A DNA stretch of 64,000 nucleotides. Source: Balanoglossus misakiensis. Lineage: Eukaryota; Animalia; Hemichordata. The DNA lies in assembly GCA_040954595.2 (NCBI GenBank), contig CM082579.2, positions 10,157,625-10,221,624 of the forward strand. Reading direction: 5' to 3'. The translations under genes were made by a program, and so were the position numbers. The notes under the pieces were generated by a model. The model was not told the origin of the DNA. It ran no database searches and worked only from the letters and a program-made list of their open reading frames with translations. Below, piece after piece: positions 13,201 through 25,100 of the stretch (position 1 is its first letter; every line of letters starts with the position of its first letter).

Positions 13201-16200
13201 GCGAGGATTGGCCAATGCATGAAGGCATCGGTTGCACTGAGTGACGTCTTTATGTGGTTCTATTCAGATGAACATTTACTGTTAAATAGCCCCCTTCCTT
13301 TTCCTCAGCTTGCTTCGAGACTACAGTGAAAGCAATTTAAACCACATTAAGAGTTTGATGAAAGCAGGAAGAGGCAGGCCAGATGCAAAACCATTTTGTT
13401 CTACTGCTTTATTACCCCATAAAAATTTACTCATCCATTATATATAATCATTAATTTTACAGTTGAAGATTATGTACAAGTATATTTTTTTTCACTAATT
13501 CCATTATGTGTGTGTAATATTACACAGACACATGGTAAATAAACATATACCCTTAATTGACAGACAAAAGACACCAAGAATACACAGCTGTATTTTACTG
13601 GAACTTTAACCTGAAGAAAACCACTAGATATTTTAATACTTCTATTTGATCCTTGTATTTTTGTTGGAAATTGAGAATCAATTGACAAGGCAATTTTCAA
13701 TTGATTCTTAATTGTGATACAGTTTTTATTTGCTTGGGATACGGGTGTAATTCATTAATGGACAGACTGGTTAACAAAACTTTTCTATGTCTGGCCGTAC
13801 CACTAACACTAACAAAGACGGGAAATCTGTGGCTGGGATCGGGACTCTCAGATGCAATTACTGGTGGAATTACCAAACACACAAACTGGCTGGTATCTAG
13901 GCAACACACCCAATCAGCAGCACATGTTGAGGTCATGGGGTCAAAATAGCAATCAAGTCAGGCAGGCTAAAAACGCAACCTGGAACCCCCTTCCTCAACT
14001 TTCGATAGGAGAGATTGATAGTCATACAACCCTAATCTTGACAACAATAAAATACATGCATACATAAATTCTTTCGGTGAGTTCCCGGGTTGTAATCAAA
14101 AAGTAACATTTCTTTCGCACTGAAACGGTTGTTACAGTGATGAAAAGGTTTGAGGCTATAAAATCAGTCTGACAAACCATAGACAGTAGAGGGAAGACAA
14201 ACCAGGGGTCAGGGGACAAACTCATATTATTAAGTCTGTACTGTGCTACATGTACAATTTCAATTTCATATATAAATTATTTGACTAAACAACTCACATA
14301 ATACTGTCATTAACATAATAATGTATCTTTCTGTTGGTTGCAATGTTGATGATCATTTTATGTCACAAAGACGGGACAATAATATTTTTAAAAGTATGTA
14401 AATATGAGGATTATGAATAAAACTTATGCATTATACAAATGTATATATACATTCATATATGTTATACTACAAGGACTGACTCATTAAAGCTCTAATATAG
14501 GACTAGCTCTGCTGTCATCAATGATCAAGTTATTCCCTAAAGGACTTGCGTACATGTATTTCACAAAATCAATTAATAATTTGGCAGTTTACAAGCAAGC
14601 CCTGAGGGTCTCTTGTGTTTGATTCATTTAACACAAAGATCTGAGGTCAAACTGACCTCACATCAATAACACTGAGTGATAATGAAGATAGAAAAAAAGA
14701 CATTAAGCCATACACGCATGGCTATAGGTAACTATGGAGCTGAGCAAACTTATGGACCCATACATGCATTGCTGGGTTGGTACTATTATAATGGCCTGAA
14801 ACTACAATAGAGCCACAGTGAGTTTTGCATTTGAATAATAAATCTACACTTAGCTGTCACTGTGTGTATGCATAGTAACGAGCATAAAACAATCACGTAC
14901 TGTTTTAAACTGTTTTAATCCCCGGGTTTCCCAGTTTCAATCATGATATAACAAGGATTTTATACCAATGTCTATAGTTGCAACAAAGTAAGTATTTAAG
15001 ACGTCGGCCATTGACCGGAGAAGAAATCTGATTCACTGGCTGCTCACAGTTAATAACACCCATGTCTGAATGTTCTTTTGTTTATTATCAAATGATTTTA
15101 TAAATTCAATAACAGTCTGTATTTGAAAAGTGTATTATGTAAATGAATACTTGTAGGGAAATTCTTAATTGCCAAGCAAACAATTGGGAAAAACCTTCGC
15201 AAACAGAGGAAGGTCACTGGAGGCAGCCACTAACTCGAATGTTATGTGGTAATTATTATCCCACACACTCGCAGTCAATGCCACTAATTTTGAAAGACGT
15301 GTTAATTAACCAACAGCCGACACTGAGGTGAAATATCAGCAAACAACCACGCATCACACACTGCAAACTCTTAATATTGACAAAGATGCCAATTTTTAAT
15401 TGGTTACTTAGGTATCGCCCCAAAGTGTTTGTCATTATTTCCATAGCAACTGCTATATATTACAAAATGTACCACACTTTTAAAAACCAACGTACTATAA
15501 ACGTGAATTTTATGTCCTTCAACATTTCCTTGTAGTTATTCGTTTGTACAAATAATATTTTTTTTAAATAGGAAAAAAGTATATCATCAGAAGTCTGTTG
15601 CCATTCACTACATGTTTCAACTGTCTAAATAAAAAACCCAGCAAAGGTTAAATAGTGGGCACTTCATTTTAAACTCAGAGCAGATGACTATCTTAGCAAC
15701 GGGCACACACTGTGTTGAGTCTTGAACTTATTTAATTATTTATAAAGCTCCCAACCAAGTCATTATTCAGGAATTGATCAATACTAAGGAGACTCTATTT
15801 GTGATGTTTACAGCCCTACCTGAAGAACGAATAGTGCGGCTTCTTTAATGTCTTTGAGAACACTGCTACTAATAGGATGACATAAATTTAAATAGGTGTG
15901 ATAAAATATGAAACCTTGTTGTTTTTTTCAAAGTGGAAGTTGCTCGCTGGGGGCTGACCAGTCCACATTGCCAGCTACTGTCTGCAGAGTCTGACAACAC
16001 ACAGCCTATTGTTAATGGATTAGCTGCCTAAGAAAACAATGAATGGTGTAGCTATGGCTATCAAGGCTCGGATATTACACGTTGCTGCTAGCGTCGCTTG
16101 GAAGGGGTGACATTCACTTGAACAGTTTGACATTTCTTCATTTGATTTAAAGCACAATTTTGCGCACCACCAGAGGTCATTAAAATTGAAAGGAAGCAAT

Positions 16201-17726
16201 GAATAATCAACGACAGCAAGCCTGATAAAGTAGTTTAACTGTCTAACACTTTTCAGCTTTAAAAACTGTAACATGACACAGTTATATTCTTAGTATTATT
16301 AACCTAAGACAACTGACTTCTTCAGGCATTAAAAAAAATTCTGCAGAAACAAAGCATGCACATGACATTAACTGCAATCACTTTCATCCATGCTTGGAAA
16401 GGTCAGGAATATAATGAGTGGTCTATTTCATCACTGAGTTGGTACCAACATTGCTCCATGATTTGATGTATAAACTGTCATATTACAAAAAGCCCAAAAC
16501 CTGAAAAGACTGCTTATTTGTTCATGTAACATGCTAAAGCATAGACAGCTCGCATAGGAAAAACTACCAGTTCAAGTCAACACACCTAGGTTTTTAAACA
16601 AAATTTTCTCTTTCAGAAGCAATGCAATATTCGTTAATACAAAGATACTTTCTATTGCATTTGGACTTGCTACTGTCAGCTCATTAACACTCTTACACAA
16701 ATTAATTGGATATTGGATTACAGTAAACATTGCTTTAGTTGAGAATCATAATCTTTTTTTGGCATAAACTTTAGAAGATAATTCGTATTACAGATCACAC
16801 AATCTCCAATAGGTTCATTAGCTTTTTATATGGTTATTCAATTCATTTAAATTTATGAGTCACTAGTATTAATTCTTAATGATGAGTTGCTAAGGATGGT
16901 CATGCACTGGTTTCTAAAAAAAATTATAATCTTGAATTGAAAAAAAAAAACTAAAATTGTGATATTATGATTACTTATTTCATGGAATATCAATGTCATA
17001 TTTTAACCAAATTTAAAAGACTAGGTACATTCGACTGAACATTTAAAAATTGGCAACAGGAAAGGTATGACATTAATAACCCGTTTCAACTATATAAATC
17101 ATACAAGTCGTTCTGACAGTTCAGTAAGGGTGACTACTGATTCAAACCAATATTGACCGACTCCAGTGACTGTCAACACACAAATGAAGACAGCTACCGA
17201 CCTGCTGTACACTAAACGTGTGTATTCAATGTGTCTGAAAAGGCACGAATTCTTCTGCAAATGTATCTGGCTGTTACTGACAACGGAATGTCAGACTCTG
17301 GCACAGATAGGACTTGCAGAAAACTTGTACCTCGCACGAAACTAATATCAATGCAGAAGTTGTGTTGTGCTGTTTAGTTCACATAGATATGATCTGTCAA
17401 AAAACTTACAGAGGTGGATGGGGTTTGTTCCTCCTATTCGGTGAAGTTGGTCGCATCTTTGACGGCTCGTCGACCGATTTTCTGTAGAAGGAGTGTGAAT
17501 ACGTTGTTGGTCGGACGGTTGGCGTCCTGTTCCAGTCCCTGAGATCGGCGCTCCAAGTTCTCTCGGCTTCCCGTCTCACCTCCTCCAGCAAGTGGGGATC
17601 CAGATCTCTTCCGGGACCATGGAGAATGTTTCGGTGTCGATAACCATACATCGTGGGATCTGCGGATTTTGAACGAAAACGGGAGACCGTGTCTCCGTAA
17701 CCCGGTAATACATGCCCAGTCGCCAT
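7242..17726 (-). CDS. Uncharacterised ~300-aa protein, at least six coding exons, head-to-head with EXOC1
   Basis: Minus-strand exons 17726-17410, 12080-12019, 11363-11257, 8396-8324 (GC donor, AAG|gcaagt), 8018-7887 and 7453-7242 join in compatible phases (2,1,0,1,1) to 903 nt with no internal stop: MATGHVLPGYG...RPTSPNRRNKPHPPL-LRTVPGFHDADAAMGKAKYT-IDAKCSLEERRKRELLRQKYIGRPATAG...RDFVLHPELLERTPPQSPVVAKVTA*. The ATG is in a good Kozak context (ACCATGG). Additional small exons in the 5.3-kb first intron cannot be excluded. Confidence 0.75.
11058..11197. mobile_element. MITE family A, internally deleted copy
   Basis: TACTGTAAAA ... TTTTACGGTA ends; internal CACGATATCAAAGGAGGCAACT shared with the 24247 copy. 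Confidence 0.65.
11558..11811. mobile_element. TTAA-flanked interspersed repeat, copy 2 (inverted relative to 5323-5565)
   Basis: Reverse-complement match to 5323-5565, including GATAATTCTTAGAAT and ACAAATCCCTGAAATTAG. Confidence 0.7.
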
Positions 17727-18027
17727 GGTTGTTACCTAAGTTGGCGAGCGAAGGTCCTTGTAAATATCAGTGAGGCAGTATGTTAGTTTTGCGGCGAAGA
17801 AAACCTTGAGGAAACCATCAAACGAAGGCTTTATGTACATGTATGCTGTGGTCTATGGCAACACTATTATACATGCAAATGAGGCAAAATATTCATGAGT
17901 TAACAGGTGGATTTCAAATCGCGCGAGACTTTGCGGTATTTGGTGGGAGGGGAGAACTGTTTGTTGTTAAATCTTTACTCTACAGTAATGGCAGTCTGAC
18001 ATTGACAGCTCGACAGTACAAAACACG
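17727..18027. promoter_or_regulatory. Bidirectional promoter and probable non-coding first exon of EXOC1
   Basis: Only ~300 bp separate the minus-strand ATG (17726) from a plus-strand donor CACG|gtaagtt (18027/18028). The region is locally CpG-richer. Motifs: RFX X-box-like GTGGTCTATGGCAAC (17848-17862), octamer ATGCAAAT (17873-17880), TTTCAAA followed by TCGCGCGAGA (17912-17928). Confidence 0.6.
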
Positions 18028-19121
18028 GTAAGTTATTCCTGCTTTCTGATCACAATCAGACCTCAAAGGCGCGATTTTCTTCGTATCTTACAGTACCTGA
18101 TTGTACTTCGTGTTAAATCTGTCGAATAACACTGCCGCCGATGTTTTTAGGCAACGATTTGTGTGTGTCTGCAGCTGAGCGCGACCGTAGACCTGATGAT
18201 CGTGTTGATGTTTATGTTCAATGATCTGCGGGCACGCCCCCACCACAGGTTCTCATATCATCGTTGCTTGGATAACCTTTCGTTCGAGGCAGCCGAGCCT
18301 CGGACGGCTATCCAAGTAGCGTTAGGAGAACCTGCGGCCCACAGGTGGTAATAGCCACCCGTGCCTGCAGTATTACCCATAGCTGCAATGATTGCAGGGG
18401 ACTTTGTTTACCCCCTCTCCCCATGCAATCTTCGGAGATATGATTTGGATTCCCGACATCAAGTGGTATTGCCTTTGAAACTGCTAATTAGTGTTGTTAT
18501 AACTAAACCATACATGCATCAGACACCACCGCATCCAACTTCTATGAACAGACTTGTGAGCTTGGTGCATTGATCATTGGTTGAACTTGAAGTCAGAAGT
18601 GAATGGGTCTAAACTGGGGGTCTAAATAATTTTAATGTAAACTTTTATTCTTCACTGAACTATTAAAGGGTATGTTTGTGCATGGAGCTTTATGGTTTTG
18701 TGGACCACTGGTGTGGTTAGACAAATGGGAGAATGATACTCCAGTAGAACAAATCATGAAGTTGAATTGATAAATGTTGCTTTACATTCATACTTTGATG
18801 TGTATATCAAATAACGGCCGAGAGAAAAAATGATCATTTCTGAATGTGTGACCCATCCTATATGGCTGCTGCTGCTGCAGATTTTAGGAAATCAAATATG
18901 TGAAGTACAAACATGGCTCACACTTACCAGATTGCATATGTCTGCTCCATGCTGGCATATTTGATATCCTTTGACCAGGCGATGCTGTGTTCTCCATGAC
19001 TGCTTTACCCATAGTCATCTCAAATGAATACTTGTCAGTTTCTTTTGTCTCGGTCAATGATGATTATTTCTCTCTATCCCTTGTAGTCAGTGAAGTTTTT
19101 CAGCGCTAGCCAGTTGACATC

Positions 19122-22100
19122 ATGACTGCCATCCGTCACACACTGCAGCGTGAAGTGTTCCTACCCAGTGAAGAAAGGCTTATTGGTGTGGTGCATGTCA
19201 CAATAGCTGGAAAGAAAAAAAAGAACAGCTTCCTATGTGCAGCAGGTATTTATGGATTCTTCGCTGGTTTCAATAACTCGTCAACAACGACTCCCAAAGA
19301 CCTCAGCTGTACCGCGGACCATTGCTCACCCGTGACTCCACAGATTTATATTGTGTTAGTTCCACCTTATGTGTTTAGACTGTGTTCAAGCTCCAAGTAA
19401 TTAGACTGTGGTCTGTTATGCTAATATATCTCGTTGCCTCGCTGACAGAATTCATTTATCACACGCATCTCAATATCATTATTTACAGTGGGGAGTGCAC
19501 CAAATAGTTGTGATGTTACCCCCTAGCTGGGTGACATTGGCACTTCTTAAAAAGAGTCTTTACAAATGTACCGCCATGCTGTTTACGTGCATGTAATTTG
19601 AACCAAGATTTGTCAGATTGATGAATACACTATGTCATTTTATACCCACACCACCCATGTCTAGTTCAAAAGTAGAATTTCCAAAGTTGTTAACTGTGAC
19701 ATATGTGTGTAGATAACATCATTGTGTCATACCATAGGTGTCTATGGTTTGTCTATGTTTTCGGTCCCGAAGCAAATTTACATTATGAGTTGACTGTAAA
19801 CAATTGTGTTTGTTCCAGTTGATAACACAGTGCTTTTGAAAACATGTCAATACATTCATATTATGATGCAGTAGCAGTGTTACCGGGGTTACCATACCTT
19901 TAACATCTGTGTTTTAATAAAAATCTTAGCAAAAACACGTCCTGCAATGTAATTTGTGCCAGGTGCAAAGTAGAGTGTTTGTACGTATAGCAAGTTCTGC
20001 TGATGATTCACAGTGTTTTCTGAGAAAGCATACTGATTCTCTGTTTACCATATCTAAAAGCTTGATCAGTATCCTAAAAATATCCTTATCAGGATCACAC
20101 AATTCTGCGGAAATATGAGATGTGTATATTGATTTTTCAGTAACCACTGACCAACCAGCACAGGTGTCACTCTACAAGGTTAAGAAGTCGGAGAAAGACA
20201 CGTACAAGAAGAGAGAATCATGGCTATTGTCAGATCTCAAGAAAGTAGACGGCAAAGATGAGTCAAAGGTCAGAGGTCAATGCGTCACATTATTTCGTAG
20301 TAATTAATGTCACTCATATTGTCATGACGTATACTGTTGTCATGGTTTCACTGTGTGACATAATCATGATTGTCATGGTTTCACTGCCAGATGTGATTAC
20401 CCCATGGTGACAGACAATTTCAATTGTTTATCATTGTCAGTTTGAGTGTATCTCCTCAATGTTCATCCAATCTTTATATCTTCTCGGATGAACGTAATTT
20501 GTACCAGGTATCTCAAAGGTGTTCATTCTCAAAAATTTTCTCATCCATATCCAGGATTTACCAGAATTTGATCTCCACTTTGAGAAAACTTACAAATGGA
20601 TTGCCAGCAATGTGACTGAGAAGAATTCATTTATTTCATGCCTATGGAAAGTGAGTAATACAGTCATTTGCTATAAACTACACAGAAAACGATACAACCA
20701 GTGCCAATGAAAATTAAATAATTTTACAGCACAAGAACACACAAGCAGATGGAACCAAAGTTTTTTATCTAAAAGTAACCAGGTAAACACAAAATTAGGC
20801 ACATGCGCATATGGCGATCATAGACCTTTAACCAAGATCAAAGGAATCATTTCCACCCATACATTTATGTAAACATGTATTTCATCTTTTTTGTCTTCCA
20901 GCTGAGTCAGAGATACTTGGTACGGAAGAAACCAAATTTTGTCAATGTGAATCCTCAGTTACTTGAAGGTAAGCAAATATTTTAACTCTACATTTATTAA
21001 AAAACAACTATACTGTGGTGGGAATAGATTGAATATCGCAGTTACTATGCATCAAATGGTGAGCTTAGTCACCAACAAAAATTCCAATTTATTTTCACAC
21101 TCCACAGATGGCTATCTTTATTGAATTGTGAGCTTCACATCCTAGTTTATCCCCAAAGACACCATTTAATGCTCTGAAAAATATTTATTGGAGGTTTGTC
21201 TGCTATTAAAAGCTCTGTCAAGTAAATTCCTTCGAGGACCTGCTCTCAGCTGGTATGCATGCTGTGTTGAATGTCAAGATTTCTAAGTAAAAGTCCATAC
21301 AGATGAAAACTTTTTGGTCGTAAATATTTCTGTGGGGTTATTATACATCACTGATGATTGATACATTTCTCCAAGAGGCGAGTGTTTTCTTTGTTTCTCA
21401 TTGTCCAACTGAATCTGTGATCTGTATGGCTGATTGTTAATTGCAAGCAACCATGTGTTCTTTGTAAACAACTCCGTCTGTGGTCGATCAGAAGTATGAA
21501 AATAGGTTCTGGGATACCTCCCAGTGATGTTGTATTGCTTTTAATTCAGTGTTGTAGACAATGCTAATCCAATGCTTTGCTGATATGTCTATGTGTTGCT
21601 TTGTACTGACTGTTGTGTTGTTTATTCTGTTTGCTGTCTCTTTACAACAGGATACAGAGAGGAAATAGGTTAGATTAGTACTGCTATCTCCTTCCCTCCC
21701 TCCTTCCTCCCTTTAATCTGCTTAGCTATCTTCCCCTCTCCTTTTATCTTTGTACTCCTCACTCAAATTCTTCAATCTATAAACCTGTTCTGTGATGTGC
21801 TTCACAAATTTGTGATTGTCAAAAACACTGCTAAATTTAGCAAAGAAAATTACCATTTTAGAAAAATATAAAATAGTTTGACTTGTCTCCTCTCCACACA
21901 CTGAAGAATTCATAGACTCTTTGCATGAAACTCCCATATGTGTTGTCAATTTCCCCAAATCTGTTATTTTCCAACCCAATGTTAGTCTGTGTGTGCATGT
22001 ATGTGTACACAAACCACTGAGTAGTAGCAAACCTAAACTTGTTCTGCTTGTCCATCTATAAACCACCCACCCATGCCTTTGTAAATTGTAATCACCCAGC

Positions 22101-25100
22101 TGCAAGATATTGACACTGCAACGTATACAACTTCATGGTATTGCCAACTGTAGCGAAATTAAGTGACCGTTAAAGTGGTAAAAAGTCACTCTCTTTGTGA
22201 AGCACACATTGAAGAGGTTTGCAGGATTGCCATAAACGTCCTCATAGAAATAGACAACATGTTGGGAGATGGATGAATTCTGCTCATTCTGTACACATGC
22301 ATGTGTTCTGTACCATGCATGCATGCATTATAAAAAATACCAAATCATCCATACTTTGTCCATCGGGTATTGGTATATATCCATTCTGTGAAATCAGTTG
22401 GATTCATCCAAGATTCAAAGGAAAAGTGCAAGATGTAATCCATTCGCCTTGTGGGATTACAACCTGTTACTTTTCCTTTCTGTTGGCATATATTTGAAGA
22501 GAAACCTGGAATTGCATGTGGCTTTCTTAGAAATTATGACACAATATGAAAATTACCAGGTATCTTTCAGAAATGAAAATTTCAGTCTGTGAACACTGCT
22601 GGTTAGAGGTTACATTTTCTTCACACAAAAAATGCATGTATCCACTAAGGTTTCACATTGGCTTCATAGCAACCGTTACTCATGCATTGCTTCATACAAA
22701 CAGTGCTTGTCAGAATACCATACTCTGTAACACAGCAATATCTAACAGAGGAAAATATTTGATAACATTTATTTGTCGTTTGCGTAAACATGGCCAGCAA
22801 CCTGTAGATGTTAATCACGTTTGCATGTGTGGATCTGACTGTGATTATTGTTAATGTAAACACCAGGTGTTCAAGACTGTCCTTTGTTGCCCCAGTAAAA
22901 GGATGCGTTTCTAGTATTAAAAAAAGGGGGGGGGGGGGGGTCAGCAACTAATGTATAGTAACCCATGAATGGGTAACCAGTGTGTATTTAATAACAAAAA
23001 GATGCATGCTACTGAAGTCAGGCCCCCTCAACCTACCCCTGTCCATGGAGTGTAGATGATTAACACACTGTGGTGTGTAGATATGAAATAACAATTGTGA
23101 ACATTCATGGTTAGACATGTTGTATATTCATCAAATCTCTTGTTGACCCTTTCACCCCTAGTTCCCTCTTTAGAGGTCCAACCTTACCATAGAAAACAAT
23201 AGGTTAGGACTGAACCATGGTGGTGAAAGGGTTAAATGCCCTTCCACGAGCTTTGCATTTCGGCTTAACATTGTCCCATTCACCAAAATTGTTGTCATTT
23301 GTCAGAAACCATCCAAGTTGATGAAGAGACGGGCATCAAAGGTGAGGAGGAAGTCTCGGATGAAGATTACCAAGCGCTGTCAGCGAGAGAGGAAAGCGAT
23401 CTCGAGAAAATGATGGTCAAGTGTGAGTTTGCCATCAGTAATGCAGAAGCATTTACCGAACAGCTCTCGAAAGATCTGTCGGTGTTGGATGGGGTGAGTA
23501 ACATCCCAGTCATTGAAATTCCATCACTCCTGATGTGTGCATTAAAGGGACAAAGTCTCTCTCTCTTGCTGCCCTTTTCCATTAATTATGTTTGATACAA
23601 GACACCGTTTATGTTAATGTGCGTGTATATGTAGTGAATCAACGTTCGACCACACACAACTTCCATCCCGTTTGTATGATATGAGAGTAAAAATTTGCCC
23701 AAAATGAATAAATGGTAGAGACCGATTATTCATTTTGGCGAGAGGTGGATGTGACTGGTTCCACATGTTACAAAAATATTTATCACTCGTGGAACACTAG
23801 CCATATTTATCTCTTGACATTGTGTTTGTTTGTAGGAAAACATCCACTCTATCATGGGTTCCGAGGAGCAAGTGTTGACACTGATGAAACTATTGGACGA
23901 CGGTTTACAGGAAGTTGGGAAACTGGAGGAGAGATTGGATAGCTATGATGACATGCTGGTGGTAGGTTAATCTTAGGCTGTAGACATTTTCAGAATTATG
24001 TGTAAAGAGTTGAGAACTAATTAACATTCTGTTATACTGGTGTGTCTGTCCAAGTATAATACTGCCAAAACTATTCTAGTCCAAACTTTTCAAAGTGGTA
24101 AGACTAAAACAAAAAATGATCTAAGATTTCCAAGGCACTACCAAAATTTTGTCACCTGTTTTAAATTTATACATACTTGATATTTATTATACAGTATGCA
24201 TATTCATGACAAAATTCTAGTAAGTGTCTTATCACATGATACATTGTACTGTAAAACGGGTTATTTTTTCAACAGGAAATTTTCACGATATCAAAGGAGG
24301 CAACTGTTATGCGGGGATTAATTTTCACGTTCTCTTATTTTTACTGGATAGTTACATGTATCTCCGAAAAATGCATTGCGAGACTTTTTATTTTCACATT
24401 TTTTTGGCTCTCGCGTATTTTGCGAAAATTTATTGCTCGCGAAAATAACTGTTTTACAGCAGCTCAGTAAACGCATCCCTTATGTGTGATTTCCTTCAGG
24501 GTGTCAAGTCGCACATGGAACAAATGCAGGAAAAAGACAGCCATGTACAGGTGCAGAATAAAAACCGAACTAAGCTGATCGGAGAGTTGGATAATCTGAT
24601 TGGTCAGTTGGACTTCTCGACTCGTTATGTAAAGGCACTGCTGAATGGTGATCTGAGCAGTCCCAATGGAATTATGGATTGTGGCACGGCTGCTCAACTG
24701 TTGCAGGAGAAGAGAAATCTGGAACTGCATCCATGTAAGTTCATATTCAGATACTGTAAAACACTTTATTTTCGTGAGTTGAAATTTTCGCGATATCATG
24801 AGAGGCCACTGTTTCGCGAGTATTAATTTTCGCGTTCTCGTATTTCACAACTGCATCGTTATCTTCAAAAAAATTTTACGCGACTTTTTATTTTCACGCT
24901 ATTTTGGCTCTCGCGTATTACGAGAAAATTTATTGCTCGCGAAAATAGAGTGTTTTACAGTAACTTTTAGCCATGTATAAGCAACATAATGTTTGTAGGT
25001 ATGTTTCCCTGAAATATGGTGTGTATTACAGATGGTGTGTACAAGTCTGGATGTGTTTGCAAGGTGTATCTGCATGCAGGGATGTTCATGTAGAAAATTT

